Shown here one piece after another: positions 24,096-35,299 of a stretch of 64,000 bases of DNA. The DNA is taken from assembly GCA_030704615.1 (NCBI GenBank), contig CM060731.1, positions 23,560,001 through 23,624,000 on the forward strand. The letters run 5' to 3'. Position 1 is the stretch's first letter; every line of letters begins with the position of its first letter. The stretch is from Takakia lepidozioides. Its lineage: Eukaryota; Plantae; Bryophyta. Made by a program: the position numbers and the translations under genes. The notes beneath the pieces were generated by a model. That model saw only the letters and a list, made by a program, of their open reading frames with translations, made no database searches and was not told the DNA's origin.

Positions 24096-27000
24096 ACTGC
24101 CACACGATCAGTGTGGTGTCCAATGGTGACAACTGAGGTGGTTCTGGTGCAATCCCCGCACTGTTCTCCTCTCCTGACGGTCCAAAAGCCTCTACCCAGG
24201 CTTGTTGCACACGACAATCAGCAACCCGCTGCAAATCCTTACTCGAGCCCCACAATGGAGTGTGAGCAACCATGGCAGACAACTCCGCCATACCATACAT
24301 GTCATCCTGCTCTCCCGGAGGTGACATATCATCTGAATGAGTGTTGCCATTCAACAACTCTCCAGCCCAAGTCACTGCAGCTGTGAATGCTGCCAGTGTT
24401 GGCATCTTGCCTCGCTGGGCAACCGCAACTCCTCCTATGAGGGTTGGCTGGTCATCACCTCCAACCTCACCACAGGAGAAACAAAGATGGGCTGACTGGT
24501 CATCAACCCAGCCTCACCATCGACAACATGCTCTAGGGTTGGATCGGCGATCAAGCCCGAGTCAACCACCTATAAAATCAAGCGCCCACACAAAACTAGC
24601 ATGGCGCACAATCAAGCATGCAGGTGTGGAGAGGATCCAAACACATGAATGAAAACAACAACTCCCCCACACCAAAAACAACTCCACAGTGTCGCTCCTG
24701 CAACCCAGCCCAAACCCGGACTGACTCTTGCCTCCACCTACGGAAAAGTCTCGGCCTACAAAGAAGGTGGAAAGCTACGAGGAATGGAAACTAAAGCAAT
24801 GCCTATCCCCTGCACGCTCTCATCCCAACACCCTCTTTTTTCCTCTCTTCTCTCACTTGCATGACCATGAGAGCATCCTGTAGACACTCCTCAAACCGCC
24901 CTCCACGAGCTCATGAAACTTGGCCAAGGCCCCATGCAAGCCTCCACAGGGTCCGCCAGTGCCTCCTTACGTCCACCAGCCATTCCTCTGAATGGAACAA
25001 CCTCAGGAAACCACACCATTCGCTTAAGGTTAAAAAATGGAGCAAATAGAGGTACATATAGGCCCCAACAACATTCTGTCCAAAGGATTTATCTGCAGGC
25101 TGGTCTCCCCCATAGTTAAGAATTGGGCTGAAAACCAGAAAAGATTACATGCAGGGGAGTAATCCCCTTTGTTAAAACGCAACAAGGAGGCAATTCCGAC
25201 TTTTCTGCCGGATCAGCTAGCTCAAAACCGTTGTTCTTCAGAGCCCAGCCTCCCCATCAAGGTCCCACGAAATGAGTGAAAAAAGATATATATATATATA
25301 TATATTTCACTCTACCTGTTCGCGGCCTTCCGTGGCTCCAACCGCCATGACTCCTCACGGCCCGCCCTAGGCGCTCGTTGGCCACGGGCTGCCCAGTGAT
25401 ACCCCATGGTACCACTCCCACGAGCCTTCACGGCCCGCCATCCCCACGATCTGGTCACCGTACCCACCCGTTGTGTCCGCACCGCGACGTCCAACGGTCA
25501 CGGTCAACCATCACGACCTGGGCTCGTGGTATCTCGTGATACCACCCCAACGGCCCATCACGGCCACTATTCTCTGTTCCCTGGAACTCCCAACGAGTTT
25601 CCATGCGTTCCCGAGGCGTTCCCGAGCTCTCCCCGAGCTGGGGTTTGCTCCTGCACCTGCTGCCGACGAGCTATGGCTTCTGCGGAGCCACCAGACCTGC
25701 TGCCATGCTCTCTTGGGCTCTCACGACCCACCAGAGGCACCCTAAACTCAACAAGCAAGCATTATGCTACCCAACAAGCTCCATTTCTTCATGAAGCCCA
25801 CAAAAACGAATCTGAAAATACACACATTTACAAATTGGGTGCACCTGCACTTCTACTGCACATTCCCTGGCTCTAGGACGCCTTGTTGCTGCCCTTCCAG
25901 CCTCCCGCTCTTGCCACTCCAAGAGCCCTTACACTGCTGAGTTTCAGATTGAAACTCCAACTCAGCACATGTTTCACAAGTGCACTGATTTGCACACAAG
26001 AGGGACCTGCCCCCTCTCTTCACTCATACCTCTTCATGAGTTTGGAGCTGAAGCTCCCAACGGGCTGCGATGCATCCCCTCGCAGCTCCACCATTCGGCT
26101 GCTCCTCATCTACCCACAACAACTAGTTTCGGGCAGAAATACCTGGAGCTGATCATATCATCTCCAACCTGCAACATGCTAGCTTCCCATGCGCAGCCCA
26201 CATTCCTGCAGCTCCTTAACTTGGCCTGCAGCTGAAGAAGAAGACCACCAGTTTGCCCACTCGTGGCCAGCATCTCCTCCGCTTCACACTAGAAGCCCAA
26301 ACTTGGTTGCCATAGCGTTGAGCTATGCAACGCCGCTCTTCAACATAGGCTACCCGCCTCTCTATCCATGGCAAACCTACAACCTGTTCGCCTTTGCACT
26401 CTATCCGCTTTGGATAGGCTCATGCACGGCTCCCTGCACTCTAGGCTGAACCGCTTCTCATGATCTGAAAACACAAGTGCTACAACTAACTCGAACCTGG
26501 CACTCACAGACTCGAGCTGATCTTTCTCGAGTGATAAGGAAAGGAATAATACAATCACACAAGCTCTATCAAACTCACATACTTGCACATGAAAACATCA
26601 CTCATATATTAAGTCGAGCCAAGTGCACCCCACGCCATAGGGAATCCACACTACGGCGCCATAGCTAGACGCGGTGAGGCTCAACTCGAGAAAGATAAGC
26701 CCACCGCGATCTGCCGTGAAGATAACAACGCCAGGTGCCCAAACAAGTATTGGCCCCTGGATTGACACTTGGGTCAATCCCAAATGTCAATATATAAAAG
26801 CTAGCTATTTCCTAGCTAACTTCACACTATTGGTAAAATAACTTGACAGACTTAATGAAGTTTGACTTGAGGCTCTCAAGTCAAACCTCTAAGATATTCA
26901 TATTATGGAGAGTAGGTCAAATCTTTGATAAAGTCATATTGTAGAGAATATGTCAAACCTAGGAAGGTTGACTTTAACAAATATATTCGATAAAGTCGTA

Positions 27001-27894
27001 TTGTGGAGAATATGTCAAACCTAGGAAGCTTGACTTTAGGAAGCTTTGACTTGAGGCTCTCAAGCCAAACCTTTAAAATAATCATATTGTGAAGGGTATA
27101 TAAACGTGCAATGAAAGCCTAGAAGGCATCGAGTTGTTTTGGGAAAAAGTTGAGAAGTACTTCTATTCTAGTTTGTGTAGATCATGGGTGTTACAGAAAC
27201 CCTGCTGCAGAAAACCTTGCTATGATTCACAAGGAGCTTACATTCCACCTCACAGAAGCTCAAAAACAATACAAGGAGTATGTAGATCAACGTCGCCAAC
27301 TCCAACCCCAGTTCAAGGTCGGAGATCATGTGTGGCTTCTTCGACGGGACATACAAACCTCGCGACCATCAAGGAAGTTGGATTATCAACGCCTGGGACC
27401 ATTCAAAATTATTCAACAAATAAATCCGGTCAGTTTTCGGCTTGAACTCCCACGAAGTATGCGCATCCATCCAGTCTTTCATGTTTCATTATTGGAGTTG
27501 TATCATCCATCGAATATTTCAGGGAGAATCTTCGTACCACCTTCACCAATCGAAGTCAATCAGAAAATTGAGTATGAAGTCGACGAAGTCCTAGACTCTC
27601 GTATCAAGTATAAACGTCTTGAGTATTTCATACATTGGAAAGGCTACGACATCAGCGAACGAACATGAGAACCTTCATCCAACCTCGTCAATGCATCTGA
27701 CAAAGTCCAAGAGTTTCATCAACGATATCCAGCTAAGCCCCGAGCTACACGTCAATAAGATGTCACAACGATGATGTCAGCCAAGGTAGCTTCAAGGTGA
27801 AGACTCCACATTCAATGTACTTGATACACGCTAAGGACCACACATCAGTATATATAGCTACACTTCTAGCACTCTTGCATCTTGTATTGGCAGC

Positions 27895-28254
27895 ATGGAG
27901 TCACAGGAACTAGATACATTGGAGCTGTCGCTTATCCAACTACTAGATCAGCCGTTCCGACTCTCACCACCTTCAACATCACGTCGACGCTCTCGAGATG
28001 ATGGGCCACCAATGCGACGCATACTTCCTCGTCTGGACCCCGTACGACGGCAAGTGGAGCCTACTCGAAGTCTGATAATTCTGCTGGAGGTTGAGGCTTC
28101 GGACCTAGAGGGCAACGAAATCATGTTTGAAGGCAGTTTCAAAAATCAGAATGCTCAAATCACTGCGTGGTCCCAAATTCAAGGTGTTGGACACTATCGA
28201 TGGTTGCAGGGACCTGTAAATCATTTGAGTCAAGAAGAAGAGCCGAATACTTGA
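27895..28254 (+). CDS. Unknown 119-aa ORF between chromodomain and 3' LTR of B2
   Basis: ATG-initiated open frame with TATATATAG about 45 bp upstream. The segment is absent from B1. Confidence 0.35.
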   Translation: MESQELDTLELSLIQLLDQPFRLSPPSTSRRRSRDDGPPMRRILPRLDPVRRQVEPTRSLIILLEVEASDLEGNEIMFEGSFKNQNAQITAWSQIQGVGHYRWLQGPVNHLSQEEEPNT

Positions 28255-28350
28255 CAAGTATACTTCGCCGGATTTTGGATTTTCTCCAGCTCTAAGCAAG
28301 TCCAAGATTTTACCGCTCCTCGAGAAACTCGGCGCTAGAGGAGGGGGTGA

Positions 28351-28982
28351 TGTCACGGACATAGCCCAAAAGAACTTACCAGGAATAAATACCATAAGTT
28401 ACCAAATTACCATGTTATCGGAAGTTACCATGACTTACCGTGATTTATCTTGATCTACCATGATTTATCATTACTTACCAAGTTACCGGCAGTTTATCAA
28501 ATTACCAAGAGTAACTTGGGAAACTGCTCAGGAAGCTTTATTTGGAGGCAACTTCTCCATCAAGATACCTCTTTTGTTTAAGGAGACTTCTCCATCAAGA
28601 AACCTTTGTTTAATTTTAAAAACTTCTCCATCAAGAAACCTCCATAGAGGAAGCTTCTTAGGGAAGCTTCTTAGTAGCCAGTATATATAGGAGACGAGAC
28701 TGGACACTCTTCAGTCTCGCCAACACCAGTTCAAGCTACTCTTGTTTCCAGTTCCCAGTACTCTAACCCAGTTTCCAGTATCTGGTACTCCAGTCCAGTT
28801 TTTAGCATTCCAGTATTGAAGTTTGTTCCAATATCTTGTACTCTTGTTCATTGTTATAAAGATCGTCTTGATTTCTATTTATTCATCGTGCATACGGCCA
28901 CGCCGACCTTGACTTCTTGTCTAAGTCTTGTACCACTAGTCTGATCTCTTGTTTGTGTTCAATCATGTTCTCGTCATTGACA
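28351..28982 (+). repeat. 3' LTR of B2
   Basis: TGTCACGG...TTGACA; matches 2678-3298 inverted. Confidence 0.9.
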
Positions 28983-29042
28983 GTAACTTGGTAATTTCTG
29001 GTATTTACTCCTGGTAAGTTCATCTGGACTATGTCCATAACA
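28983..29042 (-). repeat. 60-bp remnant of the start of the B1 5' LTR
   Basis: Reverse complement TGTTATGGACATAG...TTACCAGGA matches the B LTR start; followed by TSD GACGT. Confidence 0.8.
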
Positions 29043-30460
29043 GACGTACTTCCCGTCGAATTTTTGTAGAAATGCATTAATCGCTGCTACCTTGGATAAC
29101 TCCTCATTTGGTAACTTGAACTTTGTAAGAGTTGTTGGCACATTTGGGTGTTCACCATACATTAAAAAGAAATGAGTTTCTTTCGTTGACGCGTTAACCG
29201 AGTTATTGTAGATAATAACCAATCCCACTCTTCTTGTTTTTCTAACGTAAAGGCCCGCAACATGTCTTCAATTGTACGAATCGCTCACTCTGTCTGTCCA
29301 TCTGACTTCGGATGATAGGCTGTTGATATAACTAATTTGGTTTTAAAAAGACCAAATAAGCTTTTCCAAAACAAGCTAGTAAATTGGGTACCCCTGTCAG
29401 TAATGAAAACTTTAGATAGCCCTTGATGGGAATAGACCGCTTCCAGATATAGTCGAGCTAGTTCAGGTGCAGTGACGGATTTTCTAGTGAGACGGATGTG
29501 TATCATCTTACTCAATCTGTCTACAAAGATCACTATAGTGTCGTATCCCGATGAGGTTTGAGGTAACTCACAAACTAAATCCATGCTCATATGTTCATAA
29601 CGTCTGTTTGGTACAGGTAGTGGTTGTAAAAGACCTGCTGGCTTGGGGTTTGTTGACTTGTTTTGTTGACATTTCATGCAACTTCGAACGTACGTCTCCA
29701 CTTCGTCTCGCATCCGCGGCCAATAAAATGTTCGTTTTAGTTGTTCGAATGTTTTTTCAACTCCAACATGTCATGCTATCGCCGTATCATGAGCTTCAAA
29801 CTTCAATGCAGGTTCATCAGGGATCCAAAGTTTACCTTCCTTGAATATCAACCCTCGAACTTCTGTCATTTTGCCCTTCTTCTTAGCGTCCACGATCTCC
29901 CTATCATCTTTAGAAGCCGTCGCTATCTTGTTCCACCAATTGGGTTGAATGTTGATTTCTGTCAATGTATTCATGCGCGGCATCCTTGTCATTGCATTTG
30001 TCAATTGTCGTTTTCCCTCCACATAGACGATCTTCATGTTAAATTGTTGTCGCCACTCCGCCCAACGAATCTGTCTCTTCGATAGATCTTTCTGTGTCTC
30101 CAAGTACACCAACGGTTTATGGTCTGTCTCCACTATGAACTCTTTGTCTCCAAGATAGTGCTTCCAATGTTTTGTAGCCAAAACAATAGCCAATTCTTCT
30201 CATTCGGTTGTATGATAATTTTGTTCCGCACGTAACAATTTGCGAGAAAAATATGCCACTGGGTGCCATCCGTCTTCCCATTTTTGTTGCAACAACCTAC
30301 CCACTGCTGAGCCTGACGCATCTCCCGAGAGCTTGATTAGTCTTGTCGGATCATACTATTTCAAGATCGAGGCATGAAGCAACGCATCCTTCAAGGCCTG
30401 AAATGCCAACTCCTCTTCTGTACCCCACTTCCATCTAATTCCTTTGCCCAAACAATTTTA
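29043..30460 (-). pseudogene. Chromovirus A1 RNase H and integrase (continuation of 2133-2677)
   Basis: ORFs 29771-30193 and 29285-29713 are nearly identical to A2 17200-18360. Resumes exactly at the B1 TSD. Confidence 0.9.
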
Positions 30461-31394
30461 GCAAGTTTCTTCATGTTTTATTGTGGCAAAAGGCAGGTCC
30501 AATGTAAGGAAAAGCATAACCTCATAAAGGCCACAATGGGAATGAGCAAAACCCTCCGTGCTTTTCTACCCTCAGTCATAAGATCCGAATTAATATCAAA
30601 CTAGATCGATCCACCACTGGCAAGTTTGTTGTCATAGATTAATGGACATTTAGACTTCCAAATCCGTATGAGCACAAAGCTGTGCCCAGAAACAGGCATT
30701 ATGATATGAAGGCACCCATGGGCAAGATCCTGTTAGTGATCTCCCACAGGAAGGCAATTACTTTGGAGGATTCCAAATGTCTGGCCAAATGAGCTTCCAA
30801 GCTGGGGGAGGGATGATTGCGTTCGACAATTTCCTATGGGTAGTTTCACATTTCATGCTTTCCAACAGCTCTTGTGCAAATGCTATCTGAGTCTTCCAAA
30901 GCGGATCACAGAAGGTGGCTATTGTGCCACATTTATGTATTTGCTAAGATCCTGTCTATATCTCCTCCCAGATCCTCCTCTCTGATCCTGCCTGTATCTG
31001 TCTAAGATCCTGTCCTGCCAAACATACCCTAACCCTTGTTAAGCACAAATGCAGATACTCAACAGGAAACTGCACTTGCGACAAGAGGGATTCACTTCTG
31101 GACACCTCATGTAACAAAGTTAGCCATATTGCTATGGGGAGATGATCATGTGCATGAAATGGTGATCGCATGGCACCTCACAAAAGAAACAGTGCTGCCA
31201 ATACCCGAATGAATCCAACTTTACTCTTTTGATACAAAAAATAATGATGAGCCACCCCCTAAGTTCCATCCTCATGTTTGAAGCAACACTCTTTCTTGAG
31301 CAGGCAGGCCAAGCATGTTGAGTAGTGGGCTGTACAATTTAGCTGGGGGTCAAACAATCTTTTAACTTTACATCTTTCAAGCACCTTGCCTCTT

Positions 31395-34328
31395 TCACCA
31401 GTAATCCCCGCAAGAACAAACTCCATCTTGGAAGTGGTGAAAACGGTTGGCATCCCTTACAACAATTACACGGCGAACAATCTTGGATATGAACTTGGTG
31501 GCGGTGTGGCAGTCACCACAGACCCGAAGGTTCTTGTTGATACGGATTGGTGTCCCAGGAGGTGTGCTGATCAGTCCAAAAGCCATGGCCAGCTTCTCAC
31601 TGTGGTAGTAGAGAGACATTTCCTTCTGTTCCTCCTCCACATCATGCAATACAAAGTGCGTGTCAGGCACATATCCAGTCTCTTCCATTTGCCCAGCCAA
31701 TCTCCTCAGCTCAGCATGGATCTCCTCCATTTGGGGATGTGACATGTCTGCTACAACAAATGTATGCACTCGGTCATGTACCTCAATGCAGCTGCGACCT
31801 GGCTCCTTTCTGACCCCTCTGGCCTGCATAATTTTTCTCACCTTTGCTGTATCGTCCCACTTGCCAGCAGCAGCATAGATGTTTGATAGCAGCACATAAG
31901 TTGCAGCATCCTGTGGATCCCACTTAAGAAGGCATTGTGCCACACGTTCTGCTACATCCACCTTACCATAAATTCTGCAGGCACCAAGCAAGGCACCCCA
32001 CACTGCACCACCTGGTTTGATCGGCATTTTATGGATGAAGTCCTCTGCCTCATCCAGTCGGCCTGCACGGCCAAGAATGTCCACCATGCAGCCAAAATGC
32101 TCCACTGTAGGGGGGATTCCATGATCTTGACTTACGGAATCAAAGTAGTGCCAGCCTTCATCCACTAGGCCCACATGGCTACACGCAGAGAGAACACATA
32201 CAAAAGTGATACTGTTCGGCTTCAAGCCTTCCTGTTGCATTTCTTCAAATAGTTGTAGAGCCTCGATACCATACCCATGCTGACCATACCCTGCAATCAT
32301 CGCACTCCAGGAGACCACATCTCTTTCGGTCATATTGTCGAACACTTGGCAAGCTTCCTTCATGTTCCCACATTTGGCATACATGTCCACAAGGGCAGTC
32401 TGCAGAACGGCACCCTGTTCAATTCCAGCTTTGATGATGTCAGCATGGACCTCTTTACCCTTTTCCAGGGCTGCCAGGCTGCCACACGCATTAAGAGCAC
32501 AAAGGAATGTGACCCTGTCGGGTGTTACCATTTCCCGTATCATTTGTTCATAGATCTCTAAAGCTTCCCTACCACAGCCATGCTGAACACATCCTGCAAT
32601 CATCACACTCCATGAGACCACATCTTTTTGAGCCATATTATGAAAGACTTGACGTGCGTCCTTAATACTTCCGCATTTGGCATACATGTCGACAAGAGCA
32701 GTCTCTAGAATGATATCTGGGGCTATTCCAGCGTTGATGATGTCAGAATGTACCTCTTTGCCCTTTTCAAGGGCTGCCAGGTTGGCACATGCACTGAGAA
32801 CGCAAATGAATGTAACGTTGCTTGGAGTCACCCTTTCCCATGTCATTTGGTCATACAGCTTGAGAGCTTCCCTACCATACTCATGCTGAGCATATCCTGC
32901 AATGATTGCATTCCATGAGACCACATCATGTTCAGCCATATTTTGGAACACTTCACATGCATCCTGTATGCTCCCGCATTTGGCATACATGTCAACAAGG
33001 GTGTTCTCCAGAATGATATCTGGGTCAACTCCAGCTTTCATGATGTCAGCATGGACCTCTTTGCCCTTATCCAGGGCTTTTAGGCTGGCACATGCATTGA
33101 GAACACTAATGAATGTGATCTTGTTGGGCATAATCCCTTCCTGTATCATACAGCTGTACATGTGAAGAGCCTCCCTCCCACACCCATGCTGAGCATATCC
33201 TGCTATCATGGCACTCCATGAGGCCACATCTCGGTGGACCATATTGTCAAAAACTTGAAGGGCGCCAATCATGCTTTTGCATTTGGCATACATGTCAAGA
33301 AGGCTATTCTCCAGAATGATGTCTGGTGCAATTCCAGCTTTGATGATGTCGGCATGGACCCCTTGGCCTGTTTTCAAGGCCGCCAGGTTGGCACATGCAT
33401 TGAGAACGGAAGTGAATGTGACCTTGCTGGGCATCAGCCCTTCTCGCATCATTTGCTCATACATCTCCAGAGCCTCCCTACCACACCCATGCTGAGCATA
33501 TCCTGCGATCATCACATTCCATGAGACCACATCTGGGTGAACTATATTGTCAAACACTTGACGAGCATCCCTTACACTGCCGCATTTAGCATACATGGCA
33601 GAAAGGGCTGTCTCCAGAATGTTATCTGGTGCAATTCCAGCTTTAATAATGTCACCATGGACCTCCTTGCCCTTTTCCAGGGCTCCTAGGCTGGCACACG
33701 CCTTGAGAACACAAATGAAAGTAACCTTGTTGGGGATCACGCCTTCCCATATCATCTCCTGATAGATCTCCAAAGCCTCCCTACCAAACCCATGCTTTGC
33801 ATATCCTGCCATCATTATAGTCCACGTAAACACACTTCGTTCAGGCATTTTGTCGAACACTTGCCGTGCATCCATCAAACTCCCACACTTGATATACATG
33901 TTCACAAGGGTGTTGAGTAAAAAGATGTTTGGCTTGAATCCAGCTCGAATAATGTGGCTGTGCACCTGCTTTCCCATTTCCAGGTCGGTAACTTTGACAC
34001 ACACCCGCAACAGACAAACATAAGTATTGGTGTGTACTGAAATGCCTTGGTGATTCAAAATGTACAGCGCCTCTTTCATTCGACCTGCCTTACCAAGTGT
34101 CCTCACATCCCCACACGTGGCACAAGAGTTCATGTTGACTCCTTGCGTCTGTCCTTCACACCAGGCTGGTTGATACTCAACTTTGTCCATTGTTCGTGTT
34201 TGAGCAGGCTGTGTCGTTTGACAATGATCTGAACCATCAACAGATAGTGCTCTGCCTTGTACCACGGTGGCTACCTCTGCTGTCACCCAAAGAGGGGTTG
34301 ACCAATGGTGAATCCACAGGGCCTCCAT
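31395..34328 (-). CDS. PLS-class PPR protein with E1-E2-DYW cytidine deaminase domain (organellar C-to-U editing factor)
   Basis: Intact intronless 977-aa ORF; 20 PPR motifs (L-S, then P-L-S x5, then P2-L2-S2); PG box PGRSCIE; HSEKLA...CGDCH zinc site; terminal CSCGDYW. Confidence 0.97.
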   Translation of the reverse strand: MEALWIHHWSTPLWVTAEVATVVQGRALSVDGSDHCQTTQPAQTRTMDKVEYQPAWCEGQTQGVNMNSCATCGDVRTLGKAGRMKEALYILNHQGISVHTNTYVCLLRVCVKVTDLEMGKQVHSHIIRAGFKPNIFLLNTLVNMYIKCGSLMDARQVFDKMPERSVFTWTIMMAGYAKHGFGREALEIYQEMIWEGVIPNKVTFICVLKACASLGALEKGKEVHGDIIKAGIAPDNILETALSAMYAKCGSVRDARQVFDNIVHPDVVSWNVMIAGYAQHGCGREALEMYEQMMREGLMPSKVTFTSVLNACANLAALKTGQGVHADIIKAGIAPDIILENSLLDMYAKCKSMIGALQVFDNMVHRDVASWSAMIAGYAQHGCGREALHMYSCMIQEGIMPNKITFISVLNACASLKALDKGKEVHADIMKAGVDPDIILENTLVDMYAKCGSIQDACEVFQNMAEHDVVSWNAIIAGYAQHEYGREALKLYDQMTWERVTPSNVTFICVLSACANLAALEKGKEVHSDIINAGIAPDIILETALVDMYAKCGSIKDARQVFHNMAQKDVVSWSVMIAGCVQHGCGREALEIYEQMIREMVTPDRVTFLCALNACGSLAALEKGKEVHADIIKAGIEQGAVLQTALVDMYAKCGNMKEACQVFDNMTERDVVSWSAMIAGYGQHGYGIEALQLFEEMQQEGLKPNSITFVCVLSACSHVGLVDEGWHYFDSVSQDHGIPPTVEHFGCMVDILGRAGRLDEAEDFIHKMPIKPGGAVWGALLGACRIYGKVDVAERVAQCLLKWDPQDAATYVLLSNIYAAAGKWDDTAKVRKIMQARGVRKEPGRSCIEVHDRVHTFVVADMSHPQMEEIHAELRRLAGQMEETGYVPDTHFVLHDVEEEQKEMSLYYHSEKLAMAFGLISTPPGTPIRINKNLRVCGDCHTATKFISKIVRRVIVVRDANRFHHFQDGVCSCGDYW

Positions 34329-35299
34329 CTTCTGCTACGCCCAACCAACGTCCACACAGAATCTCGCCTTATAAATTCAATCGAAGTATAGTCAGTACTG
34401 CTTTTAGCTATGTCTAGAGACTCCTGAATGATGGAAAAAGACTGTGAGAGTCTTTGTCATGCTGGAAAGATTACAAAATAAATCCAGGAAGAAAACAACT
34501 ATCCATCTGGGTCACGTTTTCCTGCAGTGTCTAAAAACAACTAACTATAATTTTCTTAGTCTGCGTTTGTTGATATGGAAACATGGACCAAAACAAACAA
34601 CCCAAACAAGTGCGAAGGCTCACCTGAGTTGGCATCTAGCAGGTGTGATATGCCTACACACTCGCTCTCTTCAAGATATTTGCACTTTTGCGCAAACACC
34701 TGGTGCAGAAATCCAAGAGTTCCTACATGAATACCAGGGTTTTGCTCTGTCGTTTAAGGTTGTCCGTCTCTCGTCTTAAACTGTCCCGCTCCAACCTCAA
34801 CCTCATCGCTCTTGCACTTCTCTCTGTCTCTCTTGCTCTTCTCTCTCTCTTCCAATCTCTGCATCACAGAATTCTCCCAGGATCCCATGCCCTTGCCATG
34901 GCTCGCTGCCCCCGCTTCTCTCGCTTCTCGAACAGAGAGAAAAAGAAAAGTGACGCTACTGAAACATCTATGAACCAGGCCTACTCTTGAAAGACCTGTC
35001 ACTGGTGACCCCAAATGGACATTGCGTGCTATCCCGTGGGGGGGAGATAATCTTAAGGAGCCAGAGGGGTGAGACTAAGATGCTAATTAGATAGAGAGAG
35101 GGGTAGCTCATTAAGCAAGTAGGAATTGGAATTCGAGGAGATGAAGTGGAGAAAAGAAGGCTGCTGGCTGTGCGAGACAGCTGATCAGATAACAGGTTGG
35201 GCCTCTAGGAGCTAGATGCCTGATTATAATGCAATCTGAATCCGAGCTAGAATTTGAGTTGAGTTTTGAAAAGAGGATCCTTAGCACGCTTGTGCTTCC

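Larger units (their letters stand above)
18998..26848 (-). mobile_element. Ty3/gypsy-type element encoding a C5 DNA methyltransferase and a PHD finger, inserted into the 3' LTR of A2
   Basis: TG...CA ends; GACT duplicated at 18994-18997 and 26849-26852. Domain order on the minus strand: DNMT-RT-RNaseH-integrase-PHD-PPT-LTR. Confidence 0.85.
6654..27195 (+). mobile_element. Near full-length chromovirus A2 (Ty3/gypsy), decayed, with two nested insertions
   Basis: 5' LTR 6654-7027, PBS, gag, protease, RT, RNase H, integrase-chromodomain, PPT 18892-18903 and a split 3' LTR (18904-18997 + 26853-27195). Perfect 5-bp TSD GAAAC at 6649-6653 and 27196-27200. Confidence 0.93.
4978..28982 (+). mobile_element. 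Chromovirus B2 3' half (integrase, chromodomain, extra ORF, 3' LTR), interrupted by a MITE and by element A2
   Basis: B2 pieces 4978-5439, 6186-6653 and 27196-28982 are colinear and match B1 in the opposite orientation. PPT GAGGAGGGGGTGA precedes the LTR at 28351. Confidence 0.88.

Noticed and set aside
31395-31800. U-to-C (KP-type) DYW variant
   Set aside because: PG box, HSEK and terminal DYW are canonical for C-to-U editors.
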